Shown piece after piece: positions 1-9,405 of a stretch of DNA of 64,000 nt (its first letter is position 1; each line of letters begins with the position of its first letter). A program made the translations under genes and the position numbers. The notes beneath the pieces were generated by a model. The model did no database searches. It saw only the letters and a list, made by a program, of their open reading frames with translations, and had not been told where the DNA came from. Source of the stretch: an uncultured Bifidobacteriaceae bacterium (lineage in GTDB: Bacteria; Acidobacteriota; Vicinamibacteria; Vicinamibacterales; JAENWD01); NCBI GenBank assembly GCA_964446605.1, contig CAYUPN010000002.1, forward strand, positions 38,788-102,787, read 5' to 3'.

Positions 1-59
1 GCGAGCAGATCGCCGTCGAGCACGATCTCTGCGCCGGTCGACGTCGTGATACTGCGCAT
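1..59 (-). CDS. 5' fragment of a hypothetical protein (MRSITTSTGAEIVLDGDLL...), runs off the window
   Basis: ATG 2 nt after the STAS gene stop, open frame to the window edge. Confidence 0.5.
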   Translation of the reverse strand, partial: MRSITTSTGAEIVLDGDLL

Positions 60-61
60 GG

Positions 62-403
62 CTAGCCCCCGAAGCTTCTGACGGCGCTCGCCTCGTCGGG
101 GTGCAGCTCGATGAAGTTGTGGGCGCCGGTCATGGTCAGCATGGTCTCGACCCGCTTCTGCACGCCGCCGAGCTTCAGCGTCGCGCCGGCCGCGTCGGAC
201 TGCCGGTACAGGTCCATGAAGCAGCCGATCGTCGCGCTGTCGACGTAGGTGACCGTCGAAAGGTCGATCAGGATTTTCTTCTCGCCCCGTCCGAGCAGGT
301 CGGTGACGACTGCCGCGAAGTCGGCCAGCATGGGATACATGAGACGGCTCTCGCCGACCCGTACGATCGCGAGGCCGCCAACGATGTCGGTGGTCAGATT
401 CAT
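62..403 (-). CDS. STAS-domain anti-sigma factor antagonist
   Basis: 113 aa; DLSTVTYVDSATIG motif with the phospho-acceptor Ser of SpoIIAA/RsbV. Confidence 0.9.
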   Translation of the reverse strand: MNLTTDIVGGLAIVRVGESRLMYPMLADFAAVVTDLLGRGEKKILIDLSTVTYVDSATIGCFMDLYRQSDAAGATLKLGGVQKRVETMLTMTGAHNFIELHPDEASAVRSFGG

Positions 404-409
404 CCGGAT

Positions 410-1051
410 TCACTCCGCTCCGCGGGCCTCCGCCTCACGGCGGGCCGCGTCTCGTGCCAACTGGTCGTAGTGGTCCCTCAGCCGTCTGATCTGGCGCGCC
501 AGCTCCGTGCGCCCGCGATTGATGCGCGACTTCACGGTGCCTTCCGGCAGCCGGAGCTTGTCCGCAATCTCCTGGTACGTGAGCTCCTGGATGTCCCTGA
601 GCAGCACGGCCGTGCGCAGGGTCTCGGGCAGCGTCCCGAGCGCCTCCCGCAGCAGAGTCACCCGATCACGGGCTTCGAGCGCGGCGTACGGGCTGATCTC
701 CACCGAGATCGGCGTGACATCGCCCGGATCCACGTCCCGATCGATCGTCTCGCGTTCCTTCCGGACGCTGCGGTAATGATCGATGCAGAGATTGCGGCTC
801 ACGCTGATGAGCCACGTCTGGAAGTTCGCCCGGCGGTCGAAGCTGTTGAGCGAACGGAAGATCTTCAGGAAGATGTCCTGGGTCAGGTCCTCCGCCTCGT
901 CGTGCTTGCCGACGAACTTGTAGGCGACGTTGAACACCTTGCGCCAGTGCAGGCGGACGATCGACTCCCAGGCCTGCTGGTCGCCGGCCAGACAGCGCTC
1001 GATGAGGGAATCCACCGTGGGTGGGGGTGCGGGGGGATGGTTGGAGGACAT
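410..1051 (-). CDS. ECF sigma-70 factor
   Basis: Region 2 (AEDLTQDIFLKIF, NFQTWL) and region 4 (LTYQEIADKLRLPEGTVKSRINRGR); start 1051 chosen because a promoter overlaps the 1105 ATG region. Confidence 0.9.
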   Translation of the reverse strand: MSSNHPPAPPPTVDSLIERCLAGDQQAWESIVRLHWRKVFNVAYKFVGKHDEAEDLTQDIFLKIFRSLNSFDRRANFQTWLISVSRNLCIDHYRSVRKERETIDRDVDPGDVTPISVEISPYAALEARDRVTLLREALGTLPETLRTAVLLRDIQELTYQEIADKLRLPEGTVKSRINRGRTELARQIRRLRDHYDQLARDAARREAEARGAE

Positions 1052-1094
1052 CGGCAGTGCACGCCGCACCGGGCGGACGCTGCAGGCGCCCCTC

Positions 1095-1124
1095 ATCATA
1101 GGCATACGATTTTTTGACTGTCAA
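1095..1124 (-). promoter_or_regulatory. Sigma-70 promoter for the ECF-STAS operon, overlapped by palindrome TTTGAC-T-GTCAAA
   Basis: Minus strand TTGACA-N18-TATGAT in an AT-rich intergenic patch. Confidence 0.75.
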
Positions 1125-1165
1125 ACAGCCGGATCTGCCGATTTCACGCTAAGATCCGGGAGTTC

Positions 1166-2404
1166 ATGCCTGCTCAAGCCATTGCCGCGCCCCGGCTGCC
1201 CGGACGGGCGCTGCTCGACGACATCGCCGCCCGTGTCGGCACGCCGGTCTACGTGTACGACGCAGCCCGGATCCGGGAGGCCTGTGCGGCCTTCACGACC
1301 GCGCTCGCGCCCACGCCGCACGCCATCCACTACGCGCTGAAGGCGAATTCGACGCTCGCCCTCGTGCGCCTCCTTCGCCGCCTCGGCCTGCATGCCGACG
1401 CGAACTCCGGGGGCGAGATCGAGGTCGCGCTGCGCGCCGGGTTCCTGCCCGGCCAGATCGTGTTCACCGGCGTCGGCAAGACGGGCGACGAGCTGGACCG
1501 CGCGGTGTCCCTCGACCTGAAGGCCATCAACGCTGAGTCCCCGGGCGAGCTCGACCGCATCGCCGCGCGTGCGCGCGCGGCCGGCACGACGGTGCGCGTC
1601 GCGCTGCGCGTGAACCCGGACATCGACGCGCAGAGCCACCCGCACATCTCCACGGGCCTGCGGACGAACAAGTTCGGCATGCCGATCGAGGAGGCGCGCG
1701 CGATTTATCGCGACCATGCCCGCCAGGAGGGGCTGGATGCCGTGGGCGTCCACGTCCACGTCGGCTCGCAGATCACGTCGGTGGAGCCGATGCGCCGCGC
1801 CGCCGAGCGCGTGGTGGCCCTCGCGCGCGAGCTGCGGGACGAGGGCTTCCGGATCGAGCACGTGGACCTGGGGGGCGGCCTCGGCATCTCGTACGACGGA
1901 TCGCCCGTGCCGGGCGCGGCCGAGTACGCCGCCGCGATTCTGCCGGTCCTCCGCGACACGGGCCTGACCGCCATCGTCGAGCCCGGTCGCGCGATCGTGG
2001 GCGCCTCCGGCACCCTGCTCGCCCGCGTGGTCGATCTGAAGGCGTACGGCGGCGGGCCGACCTTCGCGGTGCTCGACGCCGGAATGACCGAGCTGATGCG
2101 GCCGGCGCTCTACAACGCCTTCCATCGCATCGTGGCCGTGAACCCGCGGCCGGGCGCCGAGACGCGTTACGAGGTGGTCGGGCCGCTCTGCGAGAGCAGC
2201 GACATCTTCGGCCGCGACCGGCTCCTGCCACCGCTGGACGTGGGGGACCTGGTCGCCATTCTCGATGCCGGCGCCTACGGGTCGGTGATGGCCAACACGT
2301 ACAACCGCCGTCCGCTGCTGCCCGAGGTCCTCGTCGACGGCGACGAGTGGACGCTCATCCGCCGGCGGCAGACCATCGACGACCTGCTCGGCCTCGAGCT
2401 CTGA
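1166..2404 (+). CDS. lysA: Diaminopimelate decarboxylase
   Basis: YALKAN PLP lysine, HVGSQ, DLGGG, EPGR, GPLCESSD, DAGAYG. Confidence 0.95.
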   Translation: MPAQAIAAPRLPGRALLDDIAARVGTPVYVYDAARIREACAAFTTALAPTPHAIHYALKANSTLALVRLLRRLGLHADANSGGEIEVALRAGFLPGQIVFTGVGKTGDELDRAVSLDLKAINAESPGELDRIAARARAAGTTVRVALRVNPDIDAQSHPHISTGLRTNKFGMPIEEARAIYRDHARQEGLDAVGVHVHVGSQITSVEPMRRAAERVVALARELRDEGFRIEHVDLGGGLGISYDGSPVPGAAEYAAAILPVLRDTGLTAIVEPGRAIVGASGTLLARVVDLKAYGGGPTFAVLDAGMTELMRPALYNAFHRIVAVNPRPGAETRYEVVGPLCESSDIFGRDRLLPPLDVGDLVAILDAGAYGSVMANTYNRRPLLPEVLVDGDEWTLIRRRQTIDDLLGLEL

Positions 2405-2439
2405 TCCGCCCGGCGGGCACGCGGACGAAGACCACCCAG

Positions 2440-3018
2440 ATGCTGATTGCGTTCGAAGGGCTCGATCAGAGCGGCAAGGAGACCCAGGCCCGGCTGCTCG
2501 TCGAGGCGCTGCGTGCCGATGGGCACCGTGTCGAGACGCTGTCGTTTCCGGATTACGAGACCCCGATCGGACGCGAGATCGGCGAGGCGCTGGCGGGTCG
2601 GCGCGAGTACGGCGCCGACGTGATGCAGCTGCTCTACATCGCGAACCGGTACGAGAAGCGCCCCCTGATCGAGGGGTGGCTGGCCGCGGGCGCGATCGTG
2701 GTGTGCGACCGCTACATGGCGTCGAGCATCGCGTACGGCGAGGCCCAGGGGCTCGACGCCGGCTGGCTGACCGACGCGCAGCGGCACCTTCCGCGTCCGG
2801 ACGTCACGTTCGTCCTCGACATCGCCCCCGAGGTCGCGGCGGAGCGCAAGCGCGCGAACCGCGATCGCTACGAGCGCGACATGGGCCTGCTCGCCCGCGT
2901 CCGCGAGAGCTATCGCCGCCAGGCCGGTCAGCCCGGCTGGGTGCTCGTCGACGGCGCGCGACCCAGGGACGTCATCGCCGCCGAGATCCGGAACGGCCTC
3001 AATCCGAAGAAGGCCTGA
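2440..3018 (+). CDS. tmk: Thymidylate kinase
   Basis: IAFEGLDQSGKETQ P-loop, DRY motif, PDVTFVLD. Confidence 0.9.
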   Translation: MLIAFEGLDQSGKETQARLLVEALRADGHRVETLSFPDYETPIGREIGEALAGRREYGADVMQLLYIANRYEKRPLIEGWLAAGAIVVCDRYMASSIAYGEAQGLDAGWLTDAQRHLPRPDVTFVLDIAPEVAAERKRANRDRYERDMGLLARVRESYRRQAGQPGWVLVDGARPRDVIAAEIRNGLNPKKA

Positions 3019-3051
3019 ATCCGTCTCGTGCGCCTCGACGCACGCCTTCCG

Positions 3052-3837
3052 TCAGCGTCCCGCCCGGGCGAGCGCGAGCCCGCGCACCTCGGCCGCCCCG
3101 GCCTCGCGCAGCGCATCCGCGCATGCGGCCATGGTCGCTCCGGTCGTCAGCACGTCGTCTACCAGCACCAGCGTGCGGCCGCGCACGCGTTCCGCATCCC
3201 GCCGCCGGCCGCGGGCCGTCCAGCCCGCGAGACGGAACGCGCCGGCGACGTTGGCATGCCGCGCGGCGCCGTCGAGCGCGGATTGCGCGCGGGTCGCGCG
3301 CGTGCGCGCCAGCACGGGCCAGACCGGGACGCCGAGCGCTGCGGCGGCGAGTGCCGCCTGATTGAAGCCGCGCCGCCACTGGCGCCATGGATGCAGGGGC
3401 ACCGGGACCACCGCGTCGGCGTCCGCGAGCAGGTCGCGGGCGGCGTCGCGGAGGAGTGGTCCCATCCGGGCGGCGAGTGACTGCCGTCCCTGGAACTTCA
3501 GGGCGTGGATCACGTCGCGCAGGACCCCTTCGTAGGGGCCGACCGCGCGGAACCGGCGCAACGGCGTGGCTCCGGTGTCCGGCTCACACGCCGGGCAGAT
3601 GACGAGGCGGGCGGAGGGCAGCGGCATCCCGCAGGCATCGCACACCGGCGGCGTGAAGCGCGGCAGCCGGCGCCAGCAGGTCTCGCAGATGGGAGCGCGC
3701 GTCGGCGATTCGAGGATCCGTTCGCAGGAGAGGCAGGTGGGCGCGAGCAGTGCGGCCAGCAGCGAGTCGATCGCCTGCCGGGCCACGGCTCCGGCGTTCA
3801 CGCCGGCGACCACGCGACCCCACTCGCGCTTCCCCAT
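3052..3837 (-). CDS. comF: ComF-family protein (double zinc ribbon + phosphoribosyltransferase)
   Basis: CxxC pairs, VPVPLH, RGFNQA, LVDDVLTTGAT; start uncertain. Confidence 0.85.
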   Translation of the reverse strand: MGKREWGRVVAGVNAGAVARQAIDSLLAALLAPTCLSCERILESPTRAPICETCWRRLPRFTPPVCDACGMPLPSARLVICPACEPDTGATPLRRFRAVGPYEGVLRDVIHALKFQGRQSLAARMGPLLRDAARDLLADADAVVPVPLHPWRQWRRGFNQAALAAAALGVPVWPVLARTRATRAQSALDGAARHANVAGAFRLAGWTARGRRRDAERVRGRTLVLVDDVLTTGATMAACADALREAGAAEVRGLALARAGR

Positions 3838-3859
3838 GGCACGTCGGGGAGGGACGGCG

Positions 3860-4774
3860 CTAGTCGAGGCCGTACCGGCGGCGCTTCTCCCAGAGCGCCT
3901 TCCGGCTGATGCCGAGAATCGCGGCGGCCCGGCTCTGGTTGCCGCGCGTGTCGCGCAGCACGAACTCGATGTAGCGGCGCTCGAGTGCCGCCAGGGTCGG
4001 GCGCTCCGGCCCCTCGCCGCTGGCGATTCGCTCCGGCGCGACGAGGTCGGCCGGAAGGTCCTCCGCACGAATGACGGCTCCCGGCAGGTCGAGCAGCGTG
4101 CGTTCGAGCACGTGGCGCAGCTCCCGGACGTTGCCCGCCCATTCGCACCCGCCGAGCAGCTCGAGCGCCTCGCCCGTCACCGCAGGCACGCGGCGCCGGC
4201 TGCCCGCCAGTTCCTCCAGCAGATGCCGCACGAGCACCGGCAGATCGCCGTTCCGATCGGCCAGCCGCGGCACGCGCAGCGGCAGCACGCGCAGACGGTG
4301 ATACAGATCGGCGCGGAAGCGTCCGTCGCGTACGGCGCGCTCGATCTCGTGGGACGCGGAGGCGACCACGCGTGCGTGCACCGGAATCGCCGCGCCCGAT
4401 CCGATGCGCTCCACCTGCTTCTGCTCGACCACCCGCAGCAGCTTGCTCTGGGCGTCGAGCGGGAGCTCGTCGACGCGATCGAGGTAGATGGTGCCGTGGC
4501 CGGCGAGCTCGAACCGGCCCGCGCGCGCCGCCGTCGCATCGGTGAACGCGCCGCGCTCGTGTCCGAACAGCTCCGCCTCGAGCAGCGAGGCGGGCAGACC
4601 CGGGCAGTCCACGGTCACGAACGGATCCCGGCGCCTGGGTCCGAGCGCGTGCAGGGTGCGCGCGACCAGATCCTTGCCGGTTCCCGTCGCGCCGACGACC
4701 AGTACGTTCGCGTCGGCGCGGGCGTAGCGCTTCAGGTCGGCGACGAGCGCGCGCATGGGCGCGCTCCGCGCCAC
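3860..4774 (-). CDS. Sigma-54 interaction (AAA+) protein with Fis HTH, no N-terminal sensor domain, degenerate Walker B
   Basis: GATGTGKD, ELFGHERGAFTDA, IYLDRVDEL, FRADLYHRL, WAGNVREL, AAAILGISRKALW; start 4774 (GTG) or 4756 (ATG). Confidence 0.85.
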   Translation of the reverse strand: MARSAPMRALVADLKRYARADANVLVVGATGTGKDLVARTLHALGPRRRDPFVTVDCPGLPASLLEAELFGHERGAFTDATAARAGRFELAGHGTIYLDRVDELPLDAQSKLLRVVEQKQVERIGSGAAIPVHARVVASASHEIERAVRDGRFRADLYHRLRVLPLRVPRLADRNGDLPVLVRHLLEELAGSRRRVPAVTGEALELLGGCEWAGNVRELRHVLERTLLDLPGAVIRAEDLPADLVAPERIASGEGPERPTLAALERRYIEFVLRDTRGNQSRAAAILGISRKALWEKRRRYGLD

Positions 4775-4785
4775 CAGACGGGGGA

Positions 4786-5352
4786 CTACCCCAGCGCCGG
4801 CGCCGGCGTCTCGATGATCCCGGTGATGTCGATCGTCGCGGCGCTGCCCCACAGGCGTTCGAGTCCGTAGAACCGGCGCGTCTCGGCGCCGAAGATGTGG
4901 ACGACGAAATCGAAGAAGTCCAGCAGGACCCACTCGGTGCGGTCGTAGCCCTCGGTGTGCGCCGGCTTCACGCGCGCCTTCGCCAGCGCCTCCTCGATCG
5001 CCTCCGCGATGGCCTTGATCTGCCGCGGGTTCGTGCCGGTCGCGATCACGAAGAAGTCCGTGAACCCGGCGGCGCGCCGCAGATCGAGCAGCACGATGTT
5101 CTCGGCCTTCTTGGATGCGGCGGCCTGGATGGCCGTCACCACGTCCGGCGGCAGGTTCGCGCGCGACGCCGGAACGCCGGTCAGCGGCTCCACCTCCGGC
5201 CCACGGGTTTCCGGCACGACCGGTCGCCGATCGACCGGGACTTTCGGCCTCGCACGCGTCGCGGCGCGGGGCTTCGTGGTTCTCCGCGCGGCCCGCTTGC
5301 GCGCCGCGTCACTCTTCTTCGTCGTCTTTCGTTCAGGCTGGCTCTTGCTCAT
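4786..5352 (-). CDS. rsfS: Ribosome silencing factor with basic N-terminal extension
   Basis: KKAENIVLLDL, DFFVIATG, WVLLDFFDFVVHIF, RRFYGLERLW. Confidence 0.92.
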   Translation of the reverse strand: MSKSQPERKTTKKSDAARKRAARRTTKPRAATRARPKVPVDRRPVVPETRGPEVEPLTGVPASRANLPPDVVTAIQAAASKKAENIVLLDLRRAAGFTDFFVIATGTNPRQIKAIAEAIEEALAKARVKPAHTEGYDRTEWVLLDFFDFVVHIFGAETRRFYGLERLWGSAATIDITGIIETPAPALG

Positions 5353-6067
5353 GCAACGCGTCTGCCGCCTCGTGCGACGGGGCGGCCGGGAAATGAGAAC
5401 GCGACCCGGGGCGGTACAGCCCGTGCCGCAGGATGTGCTGTTCGACCAGCGACGGCGTGAGCCCGGCGATCGGGCGTCCCGCCGCGACGGCGTCGCGGAT
5501 GCCGGTGGCCGACACCTCCGGCGTCTCCGCATCGATCAGCCAGATCACGGGTTGCGCCGCCTCGAGCTGCCCGCCCTGCGCCCCGGCGGACACGTCGCGC
5601 ATGCGATCGGCGAGCGACGGCATCTCCGCGCGCAGCGACGACGCCCGGCGTCCCGCGCGCGAGACCACCACGAAATGCGCCTGATCCAGCAGCGCGGGGT
5701 AGTGGCGCCACGTGGCGATTTCTGCGAAGGCGTCGGCGCCGGTGACGAAGAAAAGCTGCGATCGCTCCCAGCCCTCCGCGGCCAGGCGCGCGAGCGTGTC
5801 GGTGGTGAACGAGACCTCGCCGCTCCGCAGCTCGCGGTCGTCGGCGATCAGCCCGTCGGCGTGCGCGATGCCGAGCGCGACCATCGCGAAGCGATGCTCC
5901 GCCGAGGCCTGCGGCCGCATCGGACGATGGGGCGGCACGTATGCGGGGATGAGGTGCACGCGCTCGAGCCCGAGCGCCTCGCGCGCGGCCAGGGCGCCCG
6001 CAAGATGCCCGTTGTGGATTGGGTCGAAGGTGCCGCCAAGAAGGCCCAGCCGGCCGCGCCCGCGCAT
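5333..6067 (-). CDS. nadD: Nicotinate-nucleotide adenylyltransferase
   Basis: GGTFDPIHNGH, PPH, GAD, SATGIR; obg-nadD-rsfS synteny. Confidence 0.93.
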   Translation of the reverse strand: MRGRGRLGLLGGTFDPIHNGHLAGALAAREALGLERVHLIPAYVPPHRPMRPQASAEHRFAMVALGIAHADGLIADDRELRSGEVSFTTDTLARLAAEGWERSQLFFVTGADAFAEIATWRHYPALLDQAHFVVVSRAGRRASSLRAEMPSLADRMRDVSAGAQGGQLEAAQPVIWLIDAETPEVSATGIRDAVAAGRPIAGLTPSLVEQHILRHGLYRPGSRSHFPAAPSHEAADALHEQEPA

Positions 6068-6131
6068 CTGGGGTCAGGATACCCCAATTGCCCGGGCGCG
6101 GCCCGCCGTGGCGTCCGCTGCAGCGCGGCCG

Positions 6132-7256
6132 TCACTCGTCCGGTTCGGCGTGGCGATCCGCGCGCGCCGGCGCGGGTATCTCCGCGCGCATGGCTGCGAT
6201 GTGCGCCCAGGCGGCTTCGAGCAGCGGCTGCACGCCCGTGCCGGCGACGGCCGAGATCCTGAACGTCGGCAGTCCCAGCGCAGCGGCGCGCGCCTCGAGT
6301 CGCCGGACCGGCTCGTCGTCGGTCACCGCGTCCATCTTGTTGGCGGCGACGATCTGCGGCTTCGCGGCCACCGCGGGATCGAAGAGCTCGAGCTCGCGGC
6401 GCACGACGTCCAGATCCTCGGCCGGATCGCGGGCCGACAGCCCCGAGACGTCGATGACGTGCACCAGCACCGCCGTGCGCTCGATGTGCTTCAGGAACCG
6501 GTCGCCGAGGCCATGCCCCCGGTGCGCCCCCTCGATCAGCCCCGGCACGTCCGCGACGACGAAGCTGCGATCGTCGCTCAGCGTGACGACACCCAGGTTC
6601 GGCGTGAGCGTCGTGAACGGGTAGTCGGCAATCTTCGGGCGAGCCGCGGAGATGCGCGAGATGAGCGTCGACTTGCCGGCGTTCGGGAACCCGACGAGGC
6701 CGACGTCGGCGAGCAGCTTCAGGTGCAGCCGCACGTACCGCTTCTGTCCCGGCAGCCCCGGCTGCACCTTGCGCGGCGCGCGATTGGTGGAGGTCGCGAA
6801 GTGCGCGTTGCCCAGCCCGCCCTTGCCGCCGCTCGCGACGCACACGCGCTGACCTTCTTCGGCGAGATCGGCCAGGAGCGTCCAGTCCCCGCGGGGCAGA
6901 TCGTCGTCGCCGAGCCGTCCGTCGCGGCCGATCCGGGCGAGATCGTCGGGTTCGATCGGGCGCGCGTAGACCAGGGTGCCGACCGGAACGGCGAGCTCGA
7001 GATCGCGGCCGGCCGCGCCCGACTTGTTGCGCCCCTGCCCGCTGCGGCCGCGCTCGGCCGCATGCTCCGGATGGAAGCGGTAGTTGACCAGCGTGTTGAC
7101 GTGCGGGCTCGCGACCACCCAGACCGCGCCGCCTGCGCCGCCGTTGCCGCCGTCGGGGCCACCGCGCGGCACGAACTTCTCGCGCCGGAAGCTCAGCGCG
7201 CCGCGGCCGCCGTCCCCCGCCTCGACGAGGATCTCGACTTCGTCGACGAACGCCAT
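6132..7256 (-). CDS. obgE: GTPase ObgE/CgtA
   Basis: Gly-rich Obg fold, GFPNAGKS, YPFTT, DVPG, NKMD. Confidence 0.97.
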   Translation of the reverse strand: MAFVDEVEILVEAGDGGRGALSFRREKFVPRGGPDGGNGGAGGAVWVVASPHVNTLVNYRFHPEHAAERGRSGQGRNKSGAAGRDLELAVPVGTLVYARPIEPDDLARIGRDGRLGDDDLPRGDWTLLADLAEEGQRVCVASGGKGGLGNAHFATSTNRAPRKVQPGLPGQKRYVRLHLKLLADVGLVGFPNAGKSTLISRISAARPKIADYPFTTLTPNLGVVTLSDDRSFVVADVPGLIEGAHRGHGLGDRFLKHIERTAVLVHVIDVSGLSARDPAEDLDVVRRELELFDPAVAAKPQIVAANKMDAVTDDEPVRRLEARAAALGLPTFRISAVAGTGVQPLLEAAWAHIAAMRAEIPAPARADRHAEPDE

Positions 7257-7362
7257 GGATCGGAGTGGAAGAGCGGAGACGAAAACGGGCGGCGCTGCCT
7301 TCGCATCGCCGCCCGGGAACTGTGCCGGCCGGAGCGATCCGGCCGTGGCGGGCCGGGCTGTG

Positions 7363-7638
7363 CTACGCCTCGGCTTCGGTGGCGGGGAGCGGGTGCACGC
7401 TGATGTAGCGCCCGCGTGCGCCGTGGTCCTCGAACTTCACGCGGCCGCCGATCTTCGCGAAGAGCGTGTCGTCCTTGCCGAGGCCCACGTTGAGGCCGGG
7501 GCGGAAGCGACGTCCGCGCTGGCGCACGAGGATCGAGCCGCCGGTGACGATGTTGCCGTCGAACTTCTTCACGCCGAGCCGCTGCGCGTTGCTGTCGCGG
7601 CCGTTGCGTGAGCTGCCCTGTCCCTTCTTGTGTGCCAT
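7363..7638 (-). CDS. rpmA: 50S ribosomal protein L27
   Basis: [16 protein letters not shown]. Confidence 0.98.
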   Translation of the reverse strand: MAHKKGQGSSRNGRDSNAQRLGVKKFDGNIVTGGSILVRQRGRRFRPGLNVGLGKDDTLFAKIGGRVKFEDHGARGRYISVHPLPATEAEA

Positions 7639-7640
7639 GA

Positions 7641-7955
7641 CTACACCACGATGTCCTTGATGCGGAGGCGCGTGTAGACGCTGCGGTGCCCGCGCGTCCG
7701 GCGCATGCCCTTGCGGCGCTTCTTCTTGAAGACGCGGATCTTCGGCCCCTGCGTCTCCCCTTCGACGACCGCGACCACCCGCGCGCCGTTCACGTACGGC
7801 GTGCCGGCGACGATCTCGCCTCCGTCCTTCGCGACGAACAGGACCGAGGTGACGGACACTTCCTCGCCGGCCGATCCGGCGAAGTGGTCGACGTCCACGA
7901 CCTCGCCCGGCGAAACCCGCAGCTGGCGGCCGCCGCTCTGAATGATTGCGTACAC
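7641..7955 (-). CDS. rplU: 50S ribosomal protein L21
   Basis: [23 protein letters not shown] start with GAGGGAG RBS. Confidence 0.96.
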   Translation of the reverse strand: MYAIIQSGGRQLRVSPGEVVDVDHFAGSAGEEVSVTSVLFVAKDGGEIVAGTPYVNGARVVAVVEGETQGPKIRVFKKKRRKGMRRTRGHRSVYTRLRIKDIVV

Positions 7956-8039
7956 GATGTGTCTCCCTCGAGCCGGGGACCCGGCCATTCCTGGGGCCAC
8001 GCCGGACGTGCCGGGCAGCCGGACCGGGACAAACAACTG

Positions 8040-8068
8040 ATTATAGGGGGAAACCGGCCCGGCGGCAA
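8040..8068 (-). promoter_or_regulatory. Sigma-70 promoter of the rplU operon
   Basis: TTGCCG-N17-TATAAT on the minus strand. Confidence 0.75.
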
Positions 8069-8121
8069 GCAAATCCCGGCCGTTCAGCCCGTCGGCTCGC
8101 ACGCCGGCCGCCGCCAGGCGG

Positions 8122-8964
8122 CTATTTCAGCAGAATGCGCGAACCGCGGATCTTCTGCGTGCTGAGCGTGCTCAGGAAGCTGGGCACGAGCCGGTCCATC
8201 AGCTCGAAGTACGACGACAGCGCCGGCGTCGCCTGCTGCGGGCTGTAGAGGATCTCCTCCCGGAACGTCTCCGAGTACAGCGTCGCGCCGGTCCGGCCGT
8301 CGATGAACACGAACTTCGGCCGGAGAATGAACCCCTTCCGCTCCATGTAGGTGCGGACCGGGACGACGCGCCGGCGGCCGAGCTGATCGAAGTACTCCTG
8401 CTCCCGCTGCACGAAACCGGACCGGGCGTGCGGGATGAAGAGCACGGAGCCGGTCACGATGAGCGGGCTCTGGAACTCCTCGCCGATCTTCTTCCAGTAC
8501 GCGACGTTGGCGAAGATCGTCTCGAGCGGCTCCAGATCCTTCTCGTCGCGGATGCGGACCGTGGACGCATCGCCGGACGCGACGACTCCCGGGTCCTGGC
8601 TCTGGCCGTTGCCGACGGCTTCGGCGCCGTCGCCGGCCGGCGAGCCGTTCCCGTTCGTGCCCGCGGCGCCGTCCTGGATCGTCTGCTGATCGAGCGCGAT
8701 CTCCAGCAGCGGCAGCACGTCGGCGTCGATGACCCGGAGACTCGACTTCGAGCGGAGCTGGCTGCGGAGCAGCCGCACGGTCTCCAGGTTCGCGTCGACG
8801 TCCTCGGACCCGCCGGCGAGGAAGCCGGCGATGAGCACGCGCTGGAATCCCGAGACGTCCATCTTCGGCTGGATGGGCGTCTCGATCGGCACTTCGTAGA
8901 AGCTCGTGCAGGCGCCAACGACCAGCGCCAGCACGAGACTAGCGGCTGCGGCTGCGGGTCGCAC
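8122..8964 (-). CDS. Hypothetical lipoprotein
   Basis: GTG start overlapping the TPR gene end; lipobox VVGA-C; acidic Gly-rich internal loop. Confidence 0.7.
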   Translation of the reverse strand: MRPAAAAASLVLALVVGACTSFYEVPIETPIQPKMDVSGFQRVLIAGFLAGGSEDVDANLETVRLLRSQLRSKSSLRVIDADVLPLLEIALDQQTIQDGAAGTNGNGSPAGDGAEAVGNGQSQDPGVVASGDASTVRIRDEKDLEPLETIFANVAYWKKIGEEFQSPLIVTGSVLFIPHARSGFVQREQEYFDQLGRRRVVPVRTYMERKGFILRPKFVFIDGRTGATLYSETFREEILYSPQQATPALSSYFELMDRLVPSFLSTLSTQKIRGSRILLK

Positions 8965-9295
8965 GGTCGTTGATCTCCCTGAAGAGCTCGTAATTCTGCC
9001 GGACCATCTGGTTCTGCGGGTCGAGCTCGAGCGCCTTCTCGTAGGCTTCGCGGGCCTTCTCGAACTCTCCCTCGTGCTCGTAGCCGATCGCGAGGTTGTT
9101 GAACGCGGCGGCGTAGCCGGGGTCGACGCGGGTCGCCTGCTCCCAGCGGTAGATCGCTTCCCGCCACAGGCCCTTCTGCGCGACGGAGATGCCGAACTCG
9201 ACGTACTTCTTCGCGCGGTCCCGGGCGTCATCGGCCGCTGCAGGGACCGCCACGAGCCCGGCGAGGAGCACCGCGGCGAACAATCGTCGAATCAT
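8939..9295 (-). CDS. Secreted tetratricopeptide-repeat protein
   Basis: Signal peptide (VPAAA-DD); AAFNNLAIGYE...AYEKALELDP TPR motifs. Confidence 0.85.
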   Translation of the reverse strand: MIRRLFAAVLLAGLVAVPAAADDARDRAKKYVEFGISVAQKGLWREAIYRWEQATRVDPGYAAAFNNLAIGYEHEGEFEKAREAYEKALELDPQNQMVRQNYELFREINDRATRSRSR

Positions 9296-9405
9296 CACGG
9301 GAACAACCCCACTATAGGACTGCCAATACCATGACGCAAGGCGAATCCCTCGCCGCGTTCCGGAGGCTCGTCGGTCGCTGCGCGCGACACGGGGCCTGAT
9401 GGAAG

